This document shows positions 18,043 to 29,014 of a DNA stretch of 64,000 nt, one piece after another. Positions within the stretch are counted from its first letter, which is position 1, and each line of letters starts with the position of its first letter. This DNA is from an uncultured virus (IMG/VR IMGVR_UViG_3300035208_001228) (Duplodnaviria; Heunggongvirae; Uroviricota; Caudoviricetes). The notes under the pieces were generated by a model. The model saw only the letters and a program-made list of their open reading frames with translations, was not told the DNA's origin and ran no database searches. The stretch lies in the IMG/VR virus record IMGVR_UViG_3300035208_001228, one strand, 5' to 3'. Made by a program: the position numbers and the translations under genes.

Positions 18043-18512
18043 TCTATTACAGCGTTGTGTTTCTTTAGCACCACCTGAACCCACTCTTCGCCTTCGCAGT
18101 GCCAAGCACCGCAACTACACGGTCCACAAAGCATGTCGCACGGCTCGTTGCAGGCGTTGTAGTGGCGGTCATTCCAGTCTGCCGGCCAGGGGACAATCCC
18201 CGACGTGCCACGTTTCAAGACACGCTTCGGGGCTGTCTTAACGAACATCCCGATGATGCTATGGGCAGCGTCGCGGGCCTCAAGCCTGACCTTGCGGAGA
18301 TCGGCCAGGCTTGCGTCGCCAGCGTTTACGAGCCCTTCCATCAACAATTCGCTGCGACTGATGTCGCGGAAACCGGCCAAGACCTGGATGACCGACCGCG
18401 TTAGATTGAATCCATCACCCGGTGTGTCGAGGAGTTCGGTCTCGTCGCAAAACCAGCCGCAGGCGTTGCAGCACCCGTCCGAGGGGGACCAGCATTTAGG
18501 GCAGAATTTCAT
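18039..18512 (-). CDS. Cys-rich hypothetical protein
   Basis: CPKC..CNACG; CNEPCDMLCGPCSCGAWH. Confidence 0.6.
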   Translation of the reverse strand: MKFCPKCWSPSDGCCNACGWFCDETELLDTPGDGFNLTRSVIQVLAGFRDISRSELLMEGLVNAGDASLADLRKVRLEARDAAHSIIGMFVKTAPKRVLKRGTSGIVPWPADWNDRHYNACNEPCDMLCGPCSCGAWHCEGEEWVQVVLKKHNAVIE

Positions 18513-18527
18513 GTGCTAGACTTGGGT

Positions 18528-18677
18528 ATGCGAACAGTTGTGATTCTTGTTCTGTTGGTTCCGTTGTGGTGGCTTTCTATCAAGGTCGCCGAGGCAATCG
18601 GTCGGCATGAGGCAGTTCAAGCCGCGATCCGGGACTGTCCTGATTACCACGATTTGATTAAGGAATACGACTGGTGA
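18528..18677 (+). CDS. 49-aa single-TM protein (not in ORF track)
   Basis: MRTVVILVLLVPLWWLSIKVAEAIG... Confidence 0.5.
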   Translation: MRTVVILVLLVPLWWLSIKVAEAIGRHEAVQAAIRDCPDYHDLIKEYDW

Positions 18678-18832
18678 AACTTTGGCTCGCGCTGGCCATT
18701 CTCTGGGTCGTTCATGTCGCCTACACGGAAGTCAGCACGTACCGTGCAACCAAGGCGGCAATCGACAAGCGGGCCAGCGCGGTGATCTGGACCAAGTTCA
18801 AGGCGGACATCAATCGAATACTGCGGCAGTGA
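18674..18832 (+). CDS. 52-aa single-TM protein (not in ORF track)
   Basis: GTGA overlap; MKLWLALAILWVVHVAY... Confidence 0.5.
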   Translation: MKLWLALAILWVVHVAYTEVSTYRATKAAIDKRASAVIWTKFKADINRILRQ

Positions 18833-19629
18833 CTACCGCTTCACCTTCTCCCAAACCGTAGTCACGCCGAACTGCTTGAGGATGTTGCTCGTGTGCCGGT
18901 CTCAGGCAGGTTGCTTGGGTATCCCACGATCACGACATCGAAGACCGCGAATGTCTTTGGTGCCAAGGCCGTCGTGGCAATGAAATTGCCATCACCGTTC
19001 TTCGTCCAAGGGCCGATGTATGTGACTTCGCCCATGATGAACCGATGACAAGGACAGTCCGGTTGACAGTTAGGCACATGCGGCTTAGGGCTTGGCTTCG
19101 GCGGGTCGAGATTGGGGCATCCTCGAATGGGTGTCATAATGTTCCAAGGCCGCCAGCACGTCAGGGCACGATTCCTTGTGTGCTGGTGTGGTTTCGCATT
19201 CCTTCAGTATCTTCACGGCCGCATCGCGTACTGCTTCAAACAGCGTCTTGCCCCAGCCGCAAATGACGGGTTCATACTTCGTAACGACGGCTACTTGGTC
19301 ACAGGTGGCGGCGATCTCAATTCCGCCCGGTGCGTGTACCAACGCATCGAAGATTTCGGTGGTTCTCCTTTCGCCCTCAGTTCATTGGGGTCAACCGTCG
19401 TCCGCTCGCCGAAGCGCGTCTCGACCAGAGCCTCATGGGCCGTCAGTTCCAGAAGTTTGACGATGTTGCTGGGGTAGCGGTACTCACGGCCGACGACAAG
19501 TTCAGGCTTAAAGATCGTAGTGTGGTTGCGGGCGTAGTGCTCGTGGCGCACCTGGCACGCCCGCCGCTTGCTTCCTTTTCCGTTCACTGCTCCTCCACGG
19601 CACGATGTTCCGGCATCTCGATGATCCTC

Positions 19630-20010
19630 TCAAGGTCGGCCGTGTCCAACGAAGTCAGGAACGCCCGGTTGATCGCCGCATGCCGGACGGCATTGCCCGC
19701 AATTGTCGTTCTGCCCACAGTCGTCGCTACTCGGGCGTCGGAACGGTTTCGGACCACCTGCGAATACCCGCTCGTCAGAGATCACACGGAGCGTATGCCC
19801 GACGAAACGACGTGCCGCCTTGAAGCGAAGGATGAGGGCCGAGCCAAGGCAGCCGCCGATGGCGATGCCAATGCCCGATAGCGTGCTGTTGGCCAGGTTG
19901 GAAAGCGTCGCCATACCGTGCGTGACGGCATAGACCAAGGCAGCAATGATTGACAGGCCGACGATGAGGAGCGCAACGGCTCCGGTGAGGTACGAGACGA
20001 GTGTCTTCAT
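19630..20010 (-). CDS. Membrane protein, paralog of the fragment at 6969-7151
   Basis: TLSNLANSTLSGIGIAIGGCLGSALILRFK shared. Confidence 0.65.
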   Translation of the reverse strand: MKTLVSYLTGAVALLIVGLSIIAALVYAVTHGMATLSNLANSTLSGIGIAIGGCLGSALILRFKAARRFVGHTLRVISDERVFAGGPKPFRRPSSDDCGQNDNCGQCRPACGDQPGVPDFVGHGRP

Positions 20011-20720
20011 GGTTTCTCCATAGGGTCTAGTTGTCTGTTAGTATGCGGTTCTGATACGCTGTCGCGCCTTTCGCCTTGCGCGGCTCTATTGTACGCACGT
20101 GCTGCATCGGTAACGCTGTCAAAACAGCCGAGGTAGGTGGTGTGGCCGTCGATTTTGATCGTTGCCATCCAACGTCCGGCACTGCTACGCCATGACACAC
20201 CTCTATACCCACTCGTATTCGATTGCCACATGCCACGCGGGTCACTGAACTCACAAGACACGTCGTTGAGGTGCGCGAACACACCAAATAGTCGTGTGGC
20301 CGCAGCATTGTATGCGGCGGCAGCAGTTTCTTTTGAATCAAAGCGGCCGAGGTAATACGTCCTACCGTCACACTTGACTCGGGCTTCCCACTTGCCACCG
20401 GCTGCTCTACTGACACCAATGTAGCCAGACGTGTTACTGCGAAGTCGGGGTCTGTTGGCCTGGTTCTGGCTTCTCGTGGCGATTCGCAGATTCTTGCGTC
20501 TGTTGTCTAACCCGTTTCGATTCCTGTGGTCAACCTCCTTCTGGCGTGTGTCAAGGCCCATTCGATCCGCAACGACGCTGTGCATGTGGATGGTTCTACC
20601 TCTGGCAGTTCGCATAGCATACGTGCCGGATACACACCACTTCCATTTCATCAGATAGGCGTAATCGCGGGTCTCAACGAGCGCGAATTTACCTTGTGTC
20701 AGCGGGATGCGTTTCATCAT
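20007..20720 (-). CDS. HNH endonuclease with two AP2 domains
   Basis: VDHRNRNGLDNRRKNLR; NTSGYxGV..YLG.F twice. Confidence 0.9.
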   Translation of the reverse strand: MMKRIPLTQGKFALVETRDYAYLMKWKWCVSGTYAMRTARGRTIHMHSVVADRMGLDTRQKEVDHRNRNGLDNRRKNLRIATRSQNQANRPRLRSNTSGYIGVSRAAGGKWEARVKCDGRTYYLGRFDSKETAAAAYNAAATRLFGVFAHLNDVSCEFSDPRGMWQSNTSGYRGVSWRSSAGRWMATIKIDGHTTYLGCFDSVTDAARAYNRAAQGERRDSVSEPHTNRQLDPMEKP

Positions 20721-21382
20721 CGGCTTTGAAGAAAGGTTCTCAGCGCCAGAAGCGATTCCAATTCCTGGATGCTCCGTTCCGTCGCCCGGCTCAGTGGGCC
20801 GGGGTCACGGTCCTTGTAATGGACTGCATCGTGCTCGGCGATGACAACTTCTCCACCTGACCTGAGGACGGCGTCCTTGCCATCTTCCAGCTTGGCGAGC
20901 AGAGTCAACAGGTTGCGACGGCTGAGGGTCATGTGGCCTCTCGGATGTAGTGTTGCAGGGCGGTGCGCTCGCCCGTCCTTGGACATTGGGAAGTCGGAAA
21001 GGACGTTTAGCGCTCCGTCAAGGTCTTCCCAGTCTTGTACCCAGTCACCGGTCGGGAAGTGACCACCGTCGTACAGCGCGCCACTGCCGTCGCCGAAGAG
21101 GACAATAAAGCAGTTGTCAGGGATACGTTTCAGGAGTCTGACCATTTTCCGACCCATACGCTATCAAAGGCTAAGTAGGCTTGTTCCGGGCAGTTGCCCT
21201 CGGCTTCGACTCCGTTGTACGACGCGATCCACTTGTCACCGTCTTGACGTAATTCAGCGCCAAAGAAGATGGACGGCCGGTTCCAGTTACGCGAATGTTG
21301 AAGTCGGGCTTGCGCGGCAAGAAAGTCTTGCCCAGCCGTTGCTGATTTGTACGAGCATTCTTGGAGCCAGAGTTGTTCAATC

Positions 21383-21754
21383 TCAGTCATAGTGGGTTGC
21401 CAGTAGCTCGTGAACCTTGCGGGTCAATTTTGCCCCCACAGGGATGCCGAAGGGCACACGTCCGAAGATGTCCTCGATCATGCGGATGCCGGTCGCATCT
21501 GTGGCTCGTTGCCACAGTTTTGCGTGCTTCTCAGCGGCCTCGGCCGCTTTGTGGAACGTTTTGTGCGTGCCACGCCTGCCGACGAAGTCCCACATTACCC
21601 TGCCGTCCGGCAGCGTGACCTGGACACAAGAAAAGTAGTGCCCCGGCACACGCACCCCTTTGACTTCACACGTCCAGGTGATGCGGTACGGTTTCGCACG
21701 CCATTCCTTGTAGCGGCGTCGGGACCGTTTCGTCTTGCGGAGTTTGAACTCCAC
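21383..21754 (-). CDS. Basic hypothetical protein
   Basis: ORF coupled to neighbours. Confidence 0.55.
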   Translation of the reverse strand: MEFKLRKTKRSRRRYKEWRAKPYRITWTCEVKGVRVPGHYFSCVQVTLPDGRVMWDFVGRRGTHKTFHKAAEAAEKHAKLWQRATDATGIRMIEDIFGRVPFGIPVGAKLTRKVHELLATHYD

Positions 21755-22221
21755 TACACCCCGCCTGTCATCACGGTGGAGCGGATGTCGATGAGGATGC
21801 GGGTGCCGGGCAGTGGTTGTCGCTTGGCCACACGCCCGATTGCGACTCGTCTGGCGATGGTCTTCCTCACTTGCTGGTTTGACAGGGCGGTCCCCGCTGC
21901 ATTCACGTCGGCGCAGATCAGGTCGCCCAACTCGAACACATCACGCGAGCAGTCGAACTCGAATACGCCGGTGGTAGCGACGCGGATCGGTGCAGTGTCG
22001 CCCTTGCGACTCCGCTGCATTGCCACACCCAGAAAGGCTTGCTTGAACTGCGACGGACCTGGTTCGCCGTCAGAGTGGAGGTGCAGGTGGGCTACGCAGG
22101 CCGGTTTCGCATTATCAACGTCCTGCAAGAGCAGGTCGCCGATCTCAATTTCGGTGTCCGCATCAACGGCTGCGACCACGGGATTCGTGTCACCGTATCG
22201 CCATCGCATTTTGTCGCTCAT
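21754..22221 (-). CDS. DUF2190/capsid-cement-like protein
   Basis: IEIGDLL..FLGVA..IRVATTGVFEF..AIGRV pattern. Confidence 0.5.
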   Translation of the reverse strand: MSDKMRWRYGDTNPVVAAVDADTEIEIGDLLLQDVDNAKPACVAHLHLHSDGEPGPSQFKQAFLGVAMQRSRKGDTAPIRVATTGVFEFDCSRDVFELGDLICADVNAAGTALSNQQVRKTIARRVAIGRVAKRQPLPGTRILIDIRSTVMTGGV

Positions 22222-23304
22222 TTCAGGTTCTCCAAATAGGGTTACTTGCCTCGAACAATCTTGACAGCCCGGCCGCAGACCGAGGTCATGGCCAACTCGG
22301 CGTGCCGGTCACAGAGTCGGACGCTGTTGAGCGTCGGAAACCGCATCGTGGCACCGGTCGGACACTTGCGGTGCTTGGTGGCGGGGTCGAGGCCAAGGTC
22401 AAAGTCGCACTGGCCAGTAGCCGGGCGAATCGGGCATTCGTTTTCGTTCATCTAATCACCACGCAGTTCTGGGGGTTTCGGGTGTAGGAATATCGCCCCG
22501 TTGTTGGCGAGAATCCTCTTAGGCACACGCCGCCTGGTCCTTGGACGATTTCCATGACGTTCAATTGGGAGAGCCACATCCTAGCGCCACGACGCATGGC
22601 GTAGGCCACCTTGCATCCGACAACGATCTCTTTCCCGGCGAAGTCGTGGATCATCAAACAACCTTGGATTGGATTGGATCGCAAAGCCGTGCAACGCAAC
22701 ACGCAGCAAAGCCACGCCAGGATAGTGAATTAAAGTCCCGCGCTCAAAACTTCCATGACTTGAATACATGCTTGTTCATAGTTTTGGCAGGTACACAAGC
22801 GAGTGCCGAACTCGTCGTGGTCGATTCGGCCGTCGTTGGCCAACTTGAGAAACTCTTTGCGGTGCGCCGGGCTGATTCCATGCTCTTTGCCGATCCGGTC
22901 CATCGTGCGTTTGTCGATCTTCATGGTGTCACCTCACGTTTCAGTTCTTCGGTTGTCACCACGTCGTTCATCGCAGCAGATGCGGTACTCCTGGCCAGCA
23001 TCCAGATGTGCCCGATGTAGGCACGCCGCGTGCAAATCCAAGGGCGCTCCTCCTCGGGTATTTTGGCCCCGGTGAGTAGCCAGGTGCCAATCACCGACAA
23101 GGCCCAGCCGGCGTACCACGGCTTCCAACGGAGCCAGCAGCAGTACCGGATATACCAGGGCTGTTGTCTGTAACGGCGGCGCCGTTTGGACAACTGACGG
23201 TTGTACTGAGCGTCATTGGACGTGGACATGGCGTTCCTCACGGAGCAGGGCGGCAACGTCGCCGAGAAGCTGGACAACTTGTTCGAGAATCGCTTCCATA
23301 CCAG

Positions 23305-23334
23305 TAGGACAACTGACACGGGGTCGCGCAGGCA
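23305..23334 (-). promoter_or_regulatory. Putative phage-sigma promoter, copy 1
   Basis: TGCCTGCG-N12-AGTTGTCCTA. Confidence 0.65.
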
Positions 23335-23538
23335 GGAATTCCGGGATTATTTACCCAGCATGGCCGACCGTTGCCGGATTTCACGTTCCACCTCTTTTGT
23401 GGCAAGAGTCTCGGCCTCACCGAGCGAGAGACGGATCGTCTGGCCCTCACGAGTACGCATTGCACGCTGGAAGAGGGATTTCTTCTTGTTTGGCCAGAGG
23501 TCTTGCTCGAAGCGGGCTTTGTTGATTGGGTCCATTGT

Positions 23539-24267
23539 CTACTCCTGGTACAGAATGTCAGGGTGCTCCTCTTTGATCTTGGCGCAGTAGAGTGCATCCA
23601 ATTCGATGAGCGTGCAGGACAATCCGAGCCGCTTGGATACACGGAGTGTCGTGCCCGTGCCACCGAACGGATCAATCACAGTGCCGCCCGGCGGTGTCGT
23701 GAGTTTCAGACATCGCTCGACGAGGTCTTCGTTGAGTTGCGTCGGGTGCCAAGACCGACGTTGCTTGCTATTGCCGGTGACTCTGGTGAAGTCGAATACG
23801 TCGCCGGGGACACGCCCGCGCGGGTCCGCCCGCTTGTCGCCGTGTTCCTGCCGCCAAGACGGCACACGGATGGCGTCCGGGAAGAGAGGCGCGTCGTCGC
23901 AGCGAATTCGGATCAGCGGGCGATGATTGTTGCCAAGGTCGTGGTGGTTGTGCTGCCCGAAGGTGAATGTCTGAACGCAAGGCTTCGCTTCGATCTTGCT
24001 GCCGAATGTGTTTTCGATCTCTGTCACGATCCGTCCGACCTGGAATGTCCACTTGGCGTTGTACGAGAACCAGACAGTTTTGGCTCGGAGGATGAAGTCC
24101 TTGAGCCATGCGCGGAGCATCCCGATGTAATCGTTCTCCGTCAGCCGATCACGATCGCCAGCGTAGCCGAGTCCAATGTTGTCCGGCGGATCAGCGAAGA
24201 GAGTGTCAACATGATCCAAGTCCTTGAGAACGTCGAGGCAGTTGCCGTTAATCAGTTGATGTTTCAT
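23539..24267 (-). CDS. N6-adenine/N4-cytosine DNA methyltransferase (beta class)
   Basis: FADPPDN, HPTQ, VIDPFGGTGTT. Confidence 0.85.
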   Translation of the reverse strand: MKHQLINGNCLDVLKDLDHVDTLFADPPDNIGLGYAGDRDRLTENDYIGMLRAWLKDFILRAKTVWFSYNAKWTFQVGRIVTEIENTFGSKIEAKPCVQTFTFGQHNHHDLGNNHRPLIRIRCDDAPLFPDAIRVPSWRQEHGDKRADPRGRVPGDVFDFTRVTGNSKQRRSWHPTQLNEDLVERCLKLTTPPGGTVIDPFGGTGTTLRVSKRLGLSCTLIELDALYCAKIKEEHPDILYQE

Positions 24268-24741
24268 CGTCGCTCCTGGAAGTCGTCACACATTCCTTGG
24301 AACATGCGCCGTTGCTTGTGCTGATCGGGAATCTTCAAGCCTTGTGCGAGGCACCACTCCTCGGCGTCGTAGACGAACGATCCAACCTCGGCTCGGTTCG
24401 GGCTCTCATGGCATAGCTCTGAAGTCCAGCCACAGTCGAAACACCGATAACGGTGGAAATAGGTGTCGTATTCGACGCGGTACTTTCCACACTGTGTGCA
24501 TTGCGTCATTTCACCCACCATCTAATTGCGACGTAGGTGCCGATCCAATTGCCAGCCACAAAGCTGAGGATCGCGGGGATATTCTGGTCAACGATCAGTA
24601 GTGTCGAGATCAGCGAACAGGCGTAGAGGAGTACGGACAAGTGGGCCGCGAACGCAGGTCGGCGGTGCGACACTGCCGCTACGGTCTTCGCCCATAGGAA
24701 GTCCATGCAGAAACCGCAAAGGAACGCGAGCGCAACCATTG

Positions 24742-25437
24742 CTAGACCTTTCGTATCTCATCCCACGTGCGGAAAGGCGGACGACCAAAGACACCGTCCA
24801 TGAAGCCTAAATCGACGGCCTCATCAGGCGTCATGTACCACTCACGTTTCTCGTTCATCGTGTTCCATAGGTACTGGCGGACCTTTTCGCGTGACATCTT
24901 CTTGCGGCGAAAGAATGGGCCACGGGAACATTTGACGGCGTAAATCTCGACCATGCGACGGTTCAACCGCTCGGACCACTTGCCTTCAGCCTCGAAACTA
25001 CGCGCATCGCCTTCATAGGCTTGCGTGCCGAAGTGAATGAGGAAGTCCGTATTTGGCATGATGACGCGACGCTTGGCAGCTTGCGGTATGACGCTCGACA
25101 TGGATCGAGAGTGTGCGTAAGCGACCAGGATGGTCGGTGCCCGGCTGGCAACGATGGCATCGTAGATCGCCATGCCGTAGTTCCACTCGCCACCGCACGT
25201 GATTTGGTGGACGAGGATGGGCAAGTGGTTCAGGCTGTTTAGGAGAAGAAGATTCTTGATGAATGTGTTTGCGCAGCAATAATCAATTCCCTCTTCAGGA
25301 TTGTTGGGGTCGCTCATTAAAACAATCTCTCGCGTATCCGGGTTGATGCCGTGTGCGTGGAAGTCGGCAATCAACTCTGAACGTTGGGAAATTGTGCGTC
25401 GGATCGGTCTGCGTTGTGATGTTTTTGGCTGCTTCAT
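24742..25437 (-). CDS. ClpP-like protease
   Basis: GGEWNYGMAIYD, RSMSS (Ser), FLIHFG (His), YMTPDEAVDLGFMD. Confidence 0.85.
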   Translation of the reverse strand: MKQPKTSQRRPIRRTISQRSELIADFHAHGINPDTREIVLMSDPNNPEEGIDYCCANTFIKNLLLLNSLNHLPILVHQITCGGEWNYGMAIYDAIVASRAPTILVAYAHSRSMSSVIPQAAKRRVIMPNTDFLIHFGTQAYEGDARSFEAEGKWSERLNRRMVEIYAVKCSRGPFFRRKKMSREKVRQYLWNTMNEKREWYMTPDEAVDLGFMDGVFGRPPFRTWDEIRKV

Positions 25438-25919
25438 GGTGTGTTGAGGCATGCAAAGGCTCCGAAGTGGTAAATTGCGGCGTTGTCATAGGCTATCACG
25501 GCGGCTTTGGCAGAACTAAAATAGCCCAAACTAATGAATAGACCGCTTACGTGGATGTACGCCCGCCACCTTAACTCTCGGCGACACCAACTCACACCTT
25601 TGTAGCCGGATGAATTATCTTTTCTATGTTTGGCGTTTGCTTTATTGTCCGAAGGCGACGCTAGTCGCAGATTACTCCGTGTGTTATTCAATCCGTTGAG
25701 AGCGCGGTGATCGACTTGGAGCCGCGCACATTGCAATCCCATTCGTCGCACAATGACACGGTGCATACGAACCGTGCGTGGTACACCGCTTGATTGCGAA
25801 CGCTCGGCGTAGTGGGAACCACCCTGCCGGCTAGAGTGCCATTTCCATTGCAGCAGCCAGGTGTAGTCACAATCATCTACGTTGGCGTACTTGCCTTGTG
25901 TGAGTGTGATGCGTTTCAT
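25434..25919 (-). CDS. HNH-AP2 endonuclease
   Basis: LTQGKYA, VDH..NNTRSNLR, SSGYKGV. Confidence 0.88.
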   Translation of the reverse strand: MKRITLTQGKYANVDDCDYTWLLQWKWHSSRQGGSHYAERSQSSGVPRTVRMHRVIVRRMGLQCARLQVDHRALNGLNNTRSNLRLASPSDNKANAKHRKDNSSGYKGVSWCRRELRWRAYIHVSGLFISLGYFSSAKAAVIAYDNAAIYHFGAFACLNTP

Positions 25920-26129
25920 ATCGAGTTGACGCCGTTCGCGTGTACAAGATTTGCCATGTCATTACGTTGCGACAATGCGCGACGTGCGTTTTGTTCCATG
26001 GCTACCTTCTGTTGGGCACTGGTATACTTGGCTCACCGAGGTTAAATTGCTTATTTTAAGCCGGATTCCCCTGAAATACCCTCTGTTGCGGATATTTTCG
26101 GGAGCCCGAGCGAAAACCCTGTTAGGTCG

Positions 26130-26157
26130 TTGACTCATCGGCCGAACCTTGTATACT
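26130..26157 (+). promoter_or_regulatory. sigma70-type promoter of a counter-oriented island
   Basis: TTGACT-16-TATACT. Confidence 0.6.
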
Positions 26158-26230
26158 AGAGGTAGACCAAGCGAATGACTTGATCGGCCGGCGGGCCGAA
26201 ACGCAGCAGTCGGTTGACCCCGGCAGGAGA

Positions 26231-26464
26231 ATGAAAATGAGAACCTACTGGAAAGCGGAAGCGTACACGAGCGGCGAACTGGATTCGATCGGCTTCCCCG
26301 AGCGTGACACACAGGCTGAAGCTGCACACGATGCGGCGGAGTTTCTGAGCGGCCTCGGCGCGTACGACGCTCGCCACAGTACCGCTGGCGTCGCGGAATG
26401 GGAATGGGAACCGGATGGCGAAACCGTAACCAACACGGGCCGTTACGCCGACGTAACGCTCTAA
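26231..26464 (+). CDS. Acidic hypothetical protein
   Basis: AGGAG SD; downstream hairpins. Confidence 0.6.
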   Translation: MKMRTYWKAEAYTSGELDSIGFPERDTQAEAAHDAAEFLSGLGAYDARHSTAGVAEWEWEPDGETVTNTGRYADVTL

Positions 26465-26548
26465 CTCGACTCCTCGCCCGCGCGGCGGCCGGTTAGTCGC
26501 CGGCCACAGATACACAGCCGCGCGGGCGGCTTTCTTGGAGCCAACACC

Positions 26549-26722
26549 ATGAACGAAACACCAGAAACCTTGCTTGCCGCCGTCTGCCCCGCGTGTGGAT
26601 CGGCTGAAATCGGAGAAATCAAGAGCCACCACATGCTCCAGTGCCGCAACGGGATCAGCAGTCACGAATTGGCCCGCGCGATCGGCGTAACACAGAAATC
26701 GGCCTGGCGATGGAATGTTTGA
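26549..26722 (+). mobile_element. Internally deleted IS1595-family transposase remnant
   Basis: PETLLAA|VCPACGS..QCR|NGISSHELARAIGVTQKSAW. Confidence 0.7.
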
Positions 26723-27051
26723 GCTAGGAGCTATCGTATGCCGGCACGAGCCGGAAGCGGTGGCATCAAAAGCGATTGTAAGCACCGTGCTCCCTGCGGG
26801 ACACGTAGCCTCGACCGATGCAAAATGTACGGAGCCACTCACGGCTGCCGCGAGTGTTGCCAATTTTATACAAGGAAGTCCGAGCATGACAAAAAGCAAG
26901 AGGCCGGGAGGCGAAGCGTAAGAAGCGTGGTAGGTGAAAATACGGCAGTTCATCGCAAACAATACCGTGCCGATGGGCCCATTTGTTTTAGTTGTCTGAG
27001 CGAACTGAACCAAAGCGCTTCCCAGTAGAGTTGGCTGTCAGTGCCCTTGTA

Positions 27052-27789
27052 CTACGGTGCGCGGATTCCGAACACCTCCTGCGTCCAGTGCGGGCCGTAG
27101 GTATCCCGTAGCTTCGCACGCAACCCAGTGGCGTCTTGTGACTGTTGAAGGGTGTGCAGGTACGTGTCTTGGATGCCGGCGAGCCGGTAGAGTTGCATTG
27201 TCCGCTCAGCTTGCCACTTGTAGAACGCCTTAGTCTGCTTGTCCTGTGGAACGTAGGCCGAGTAGACGCAAAACTCCAAGGCGTACCGCGCAGTCTCCGA
27301 GCGGTCGTGGATTCCGAGTTCTTGTCGTGCTTCGGCCCCGTTCGTGTACGCGGTCCACTCGTCGAAGATATATGTAGGTGTGTCGTTCCAGTACGATTGC
27401 ATCTGGATGAGGTATAGTCGATACACAGCCCCACGCAGTGATGCAGGAATCTGTTTAGCGATCGCGGCCAGCGTCGTTCGCGGCTCGTTTAGCCGAACTG
27501 CTCTGTTGTGCAGAATGTAGAAGACTGGTTGTCCGTACCGCTGGCGCAATAGCGAATTGATCCCGTGCGTACCTTCGTGGACCATTGTGACACGATCAGG
27601 GTCGCCGTATACATGGCCGGCTGGGAGATGTGATTCCACATCGGCAATCACCGACGGCAACTGCCCTACGTTGCGGATCGGTTTAACGTCGATGAACTTC
27701 GGCAACGGGCCTGATTTGCTGTCCGGCACGCGAACTGGCGTAACCGCACAGCTCGACAAGAGGATTACGAGGACAAGTAGACGGCACAT
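27052..27789 (-). CDS. Lipoprotein with HExxH motif
   Basis: LLSSC lipobox; VHEGTHG; FDEW. Confidence 0.6.
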   Translation of the reverse strand: MCRLLVLVILLSSCAVTPVRVPDSKSGPLPKFIDVKPIRNVGQLPSVIADVESHLPAGHVYGDPDRVTMVHEGTHGINSLLRQRYGQPVFYILHNRAVRLNEPRTTLAAIAKQIPASLRGAVYRLYLIQMQSYWNDTPTYIFDEWTAYTNGAEARQELGIHDRSETARYALEFCVYSAYVPQDKQTKAFYKWQAERTMQLYRLAGIQDTYLHTLQQSQDATGLRAKLRDTYGPHWTQEVFGIRAP

Positions 27790-27791
27790 AA

Positions 27792-28238
27792 TTATTTCCT
27801 TGTAAGGAACCAAGCGGACGGGAAGCCCGGCCCGCACTTCTTCAAGCAACGCGATAGCGCGAGCCCGTCGCCATTGATGCACGTGAGAACACCGCGGTAG
27901 TCACGGACTAATAGGCATGTGTGGCCTGCGCTAGTATGACGGAGACGATACGACAGGATCACGGCCGTGTTCCGTCCGTGGAGAAACACGCGGATTGACT
28001 CAGCCGTGGCTGTGCGCGGATGGTGACATTGGAAGCAGTGCTGAAAACCACGAAGCACACGAGCAAGGTTGCGGTGAGGAGTGCCGTATTTTAACGACCA
28101 GCCACACGCGGCTTTGATGAGAGCGTAGTCATCACGCATATTTATTCTTTTGCCAAACCATCGGAATAGGTTCAGCACCGCTACAGGCGCGCAGTCGGTG
28201 GCATGTTGTTGTGACCAGAAGCGTATGCGTGCTTTCAT
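27792..28238 (-). CDS. C39-like cysteine peptidase
   Basis: QQHATDCAPVA...GH. Confidence 0.6.
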   Translation of the reverse strand: MKARIRFWSQQHATDCAPVAVLNLFRWFGKRINMRDDYALIKAACGWSLKYGTPHRNLARVLRGFQHCFQCHHPRTATAESIRVFLHGRNTAVILSYRLRHTSAGHTCLLVRDYRGVLTCINGDGLALSRCLKKCGPGFPSAWFLTRK

Positions 28239-29014
28239 CCTAGTTCCTTTTCAATCTTGCGGGGACGCTCGCCATCCCAGACGTACAAGGACGGGACACC
28301 GTCGTCCATGCGGACGAACGTGTCAGTGTCACGGCACCAGCAGCCGGAGTTGACCAGAGTCCCTGTGTGCGTCGGTGTGTGCGTGTGGCCATAGACCAGC
28401 ACGTCAGCACCGACTGCCTTTCGGTACACCTCGGCATTGCCGAGCATTTCCGCGTCGCGGTTCTTCTGCCACGTGACGTTCCGCCAGAGGTTCAGTGGAG
28501 CCTCCAAGGAACCAATGAAGAAATCCTCCACTGCACGTCCATACTTGTTCGGGCTCTTGTTACGGTCTTCCAGCATCCCACTAATGATCGCTGTGAGTTC
28601 GCCGAGACCTGGATTGACACTGTTGCACGTTGGGTCGCACTCGTGACCGTGCGCGAATGCAACCCGCCGGCCACCAAGTGTGGTTTCAAATGGACCGGAC
28701 ATGTCAGGTAGAAACGCATTGACCAGTTGGATGTTTGTCCCAAGGAACTCCGCTAGAAGCCCGTCATGGTTGCCGATTACCCAGCGTGACGGCACACAGC
28801 AAATGGCCCGCAGCAGTTTTTGATACGACATGATCGACGCGCTGAAATTGCATTGCCAGCAGTCTAAAAGGTCGCCGAGGACGAGCAAGGTGCCTCGCTC
28901 GTGGTCAACGTAGTCGAGGAATCGGAGGAACCGATCTTCGCCACGAGCATTGAAATTGTCCCTGGCCCCGCGATCGCAAAGATGCAGGTCAGATATAGCG
29001 AAGATGGTGGTCAT
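28235..29014 (-). CDS. Calcineurin-like metallophosphoesterase (LpxH-like)
   Basis: SDLH, GD, GNHD, HGH, GHTH, NSG. Confidence 0.88.
   Translation of the reverse strand: MTTIFAISDLHLCDRGARDNFNARGEDRFLRFLDYVDHERGTLLVLGDLLDCWQCNFSASIMSYQKLLRAICCVPSRWVIGNHDGLLAEFLGTNIQLVNAFLPDMSGPFETTLGGRRVAFAHGHECDPTCNSVNPGLGELTAIISGMLEDRNKSPNKYGRAVEDFFIGSLEAPLNLWRNVTWQKNRDAEMLGNAEVYRKAVGADVLVYGHTHTPTHTGTLVNSGCWCRDTDTFVRMDDGVPSLYVWDGERPRKIEKELG

Noticed and set aside
23371..24324. Long antisense ORFs (also 16458-17336, 31836-32669, 55417-56334)
   Set aside because: Shadow ORFs typical of GC-rich coding DNA, with no motifs
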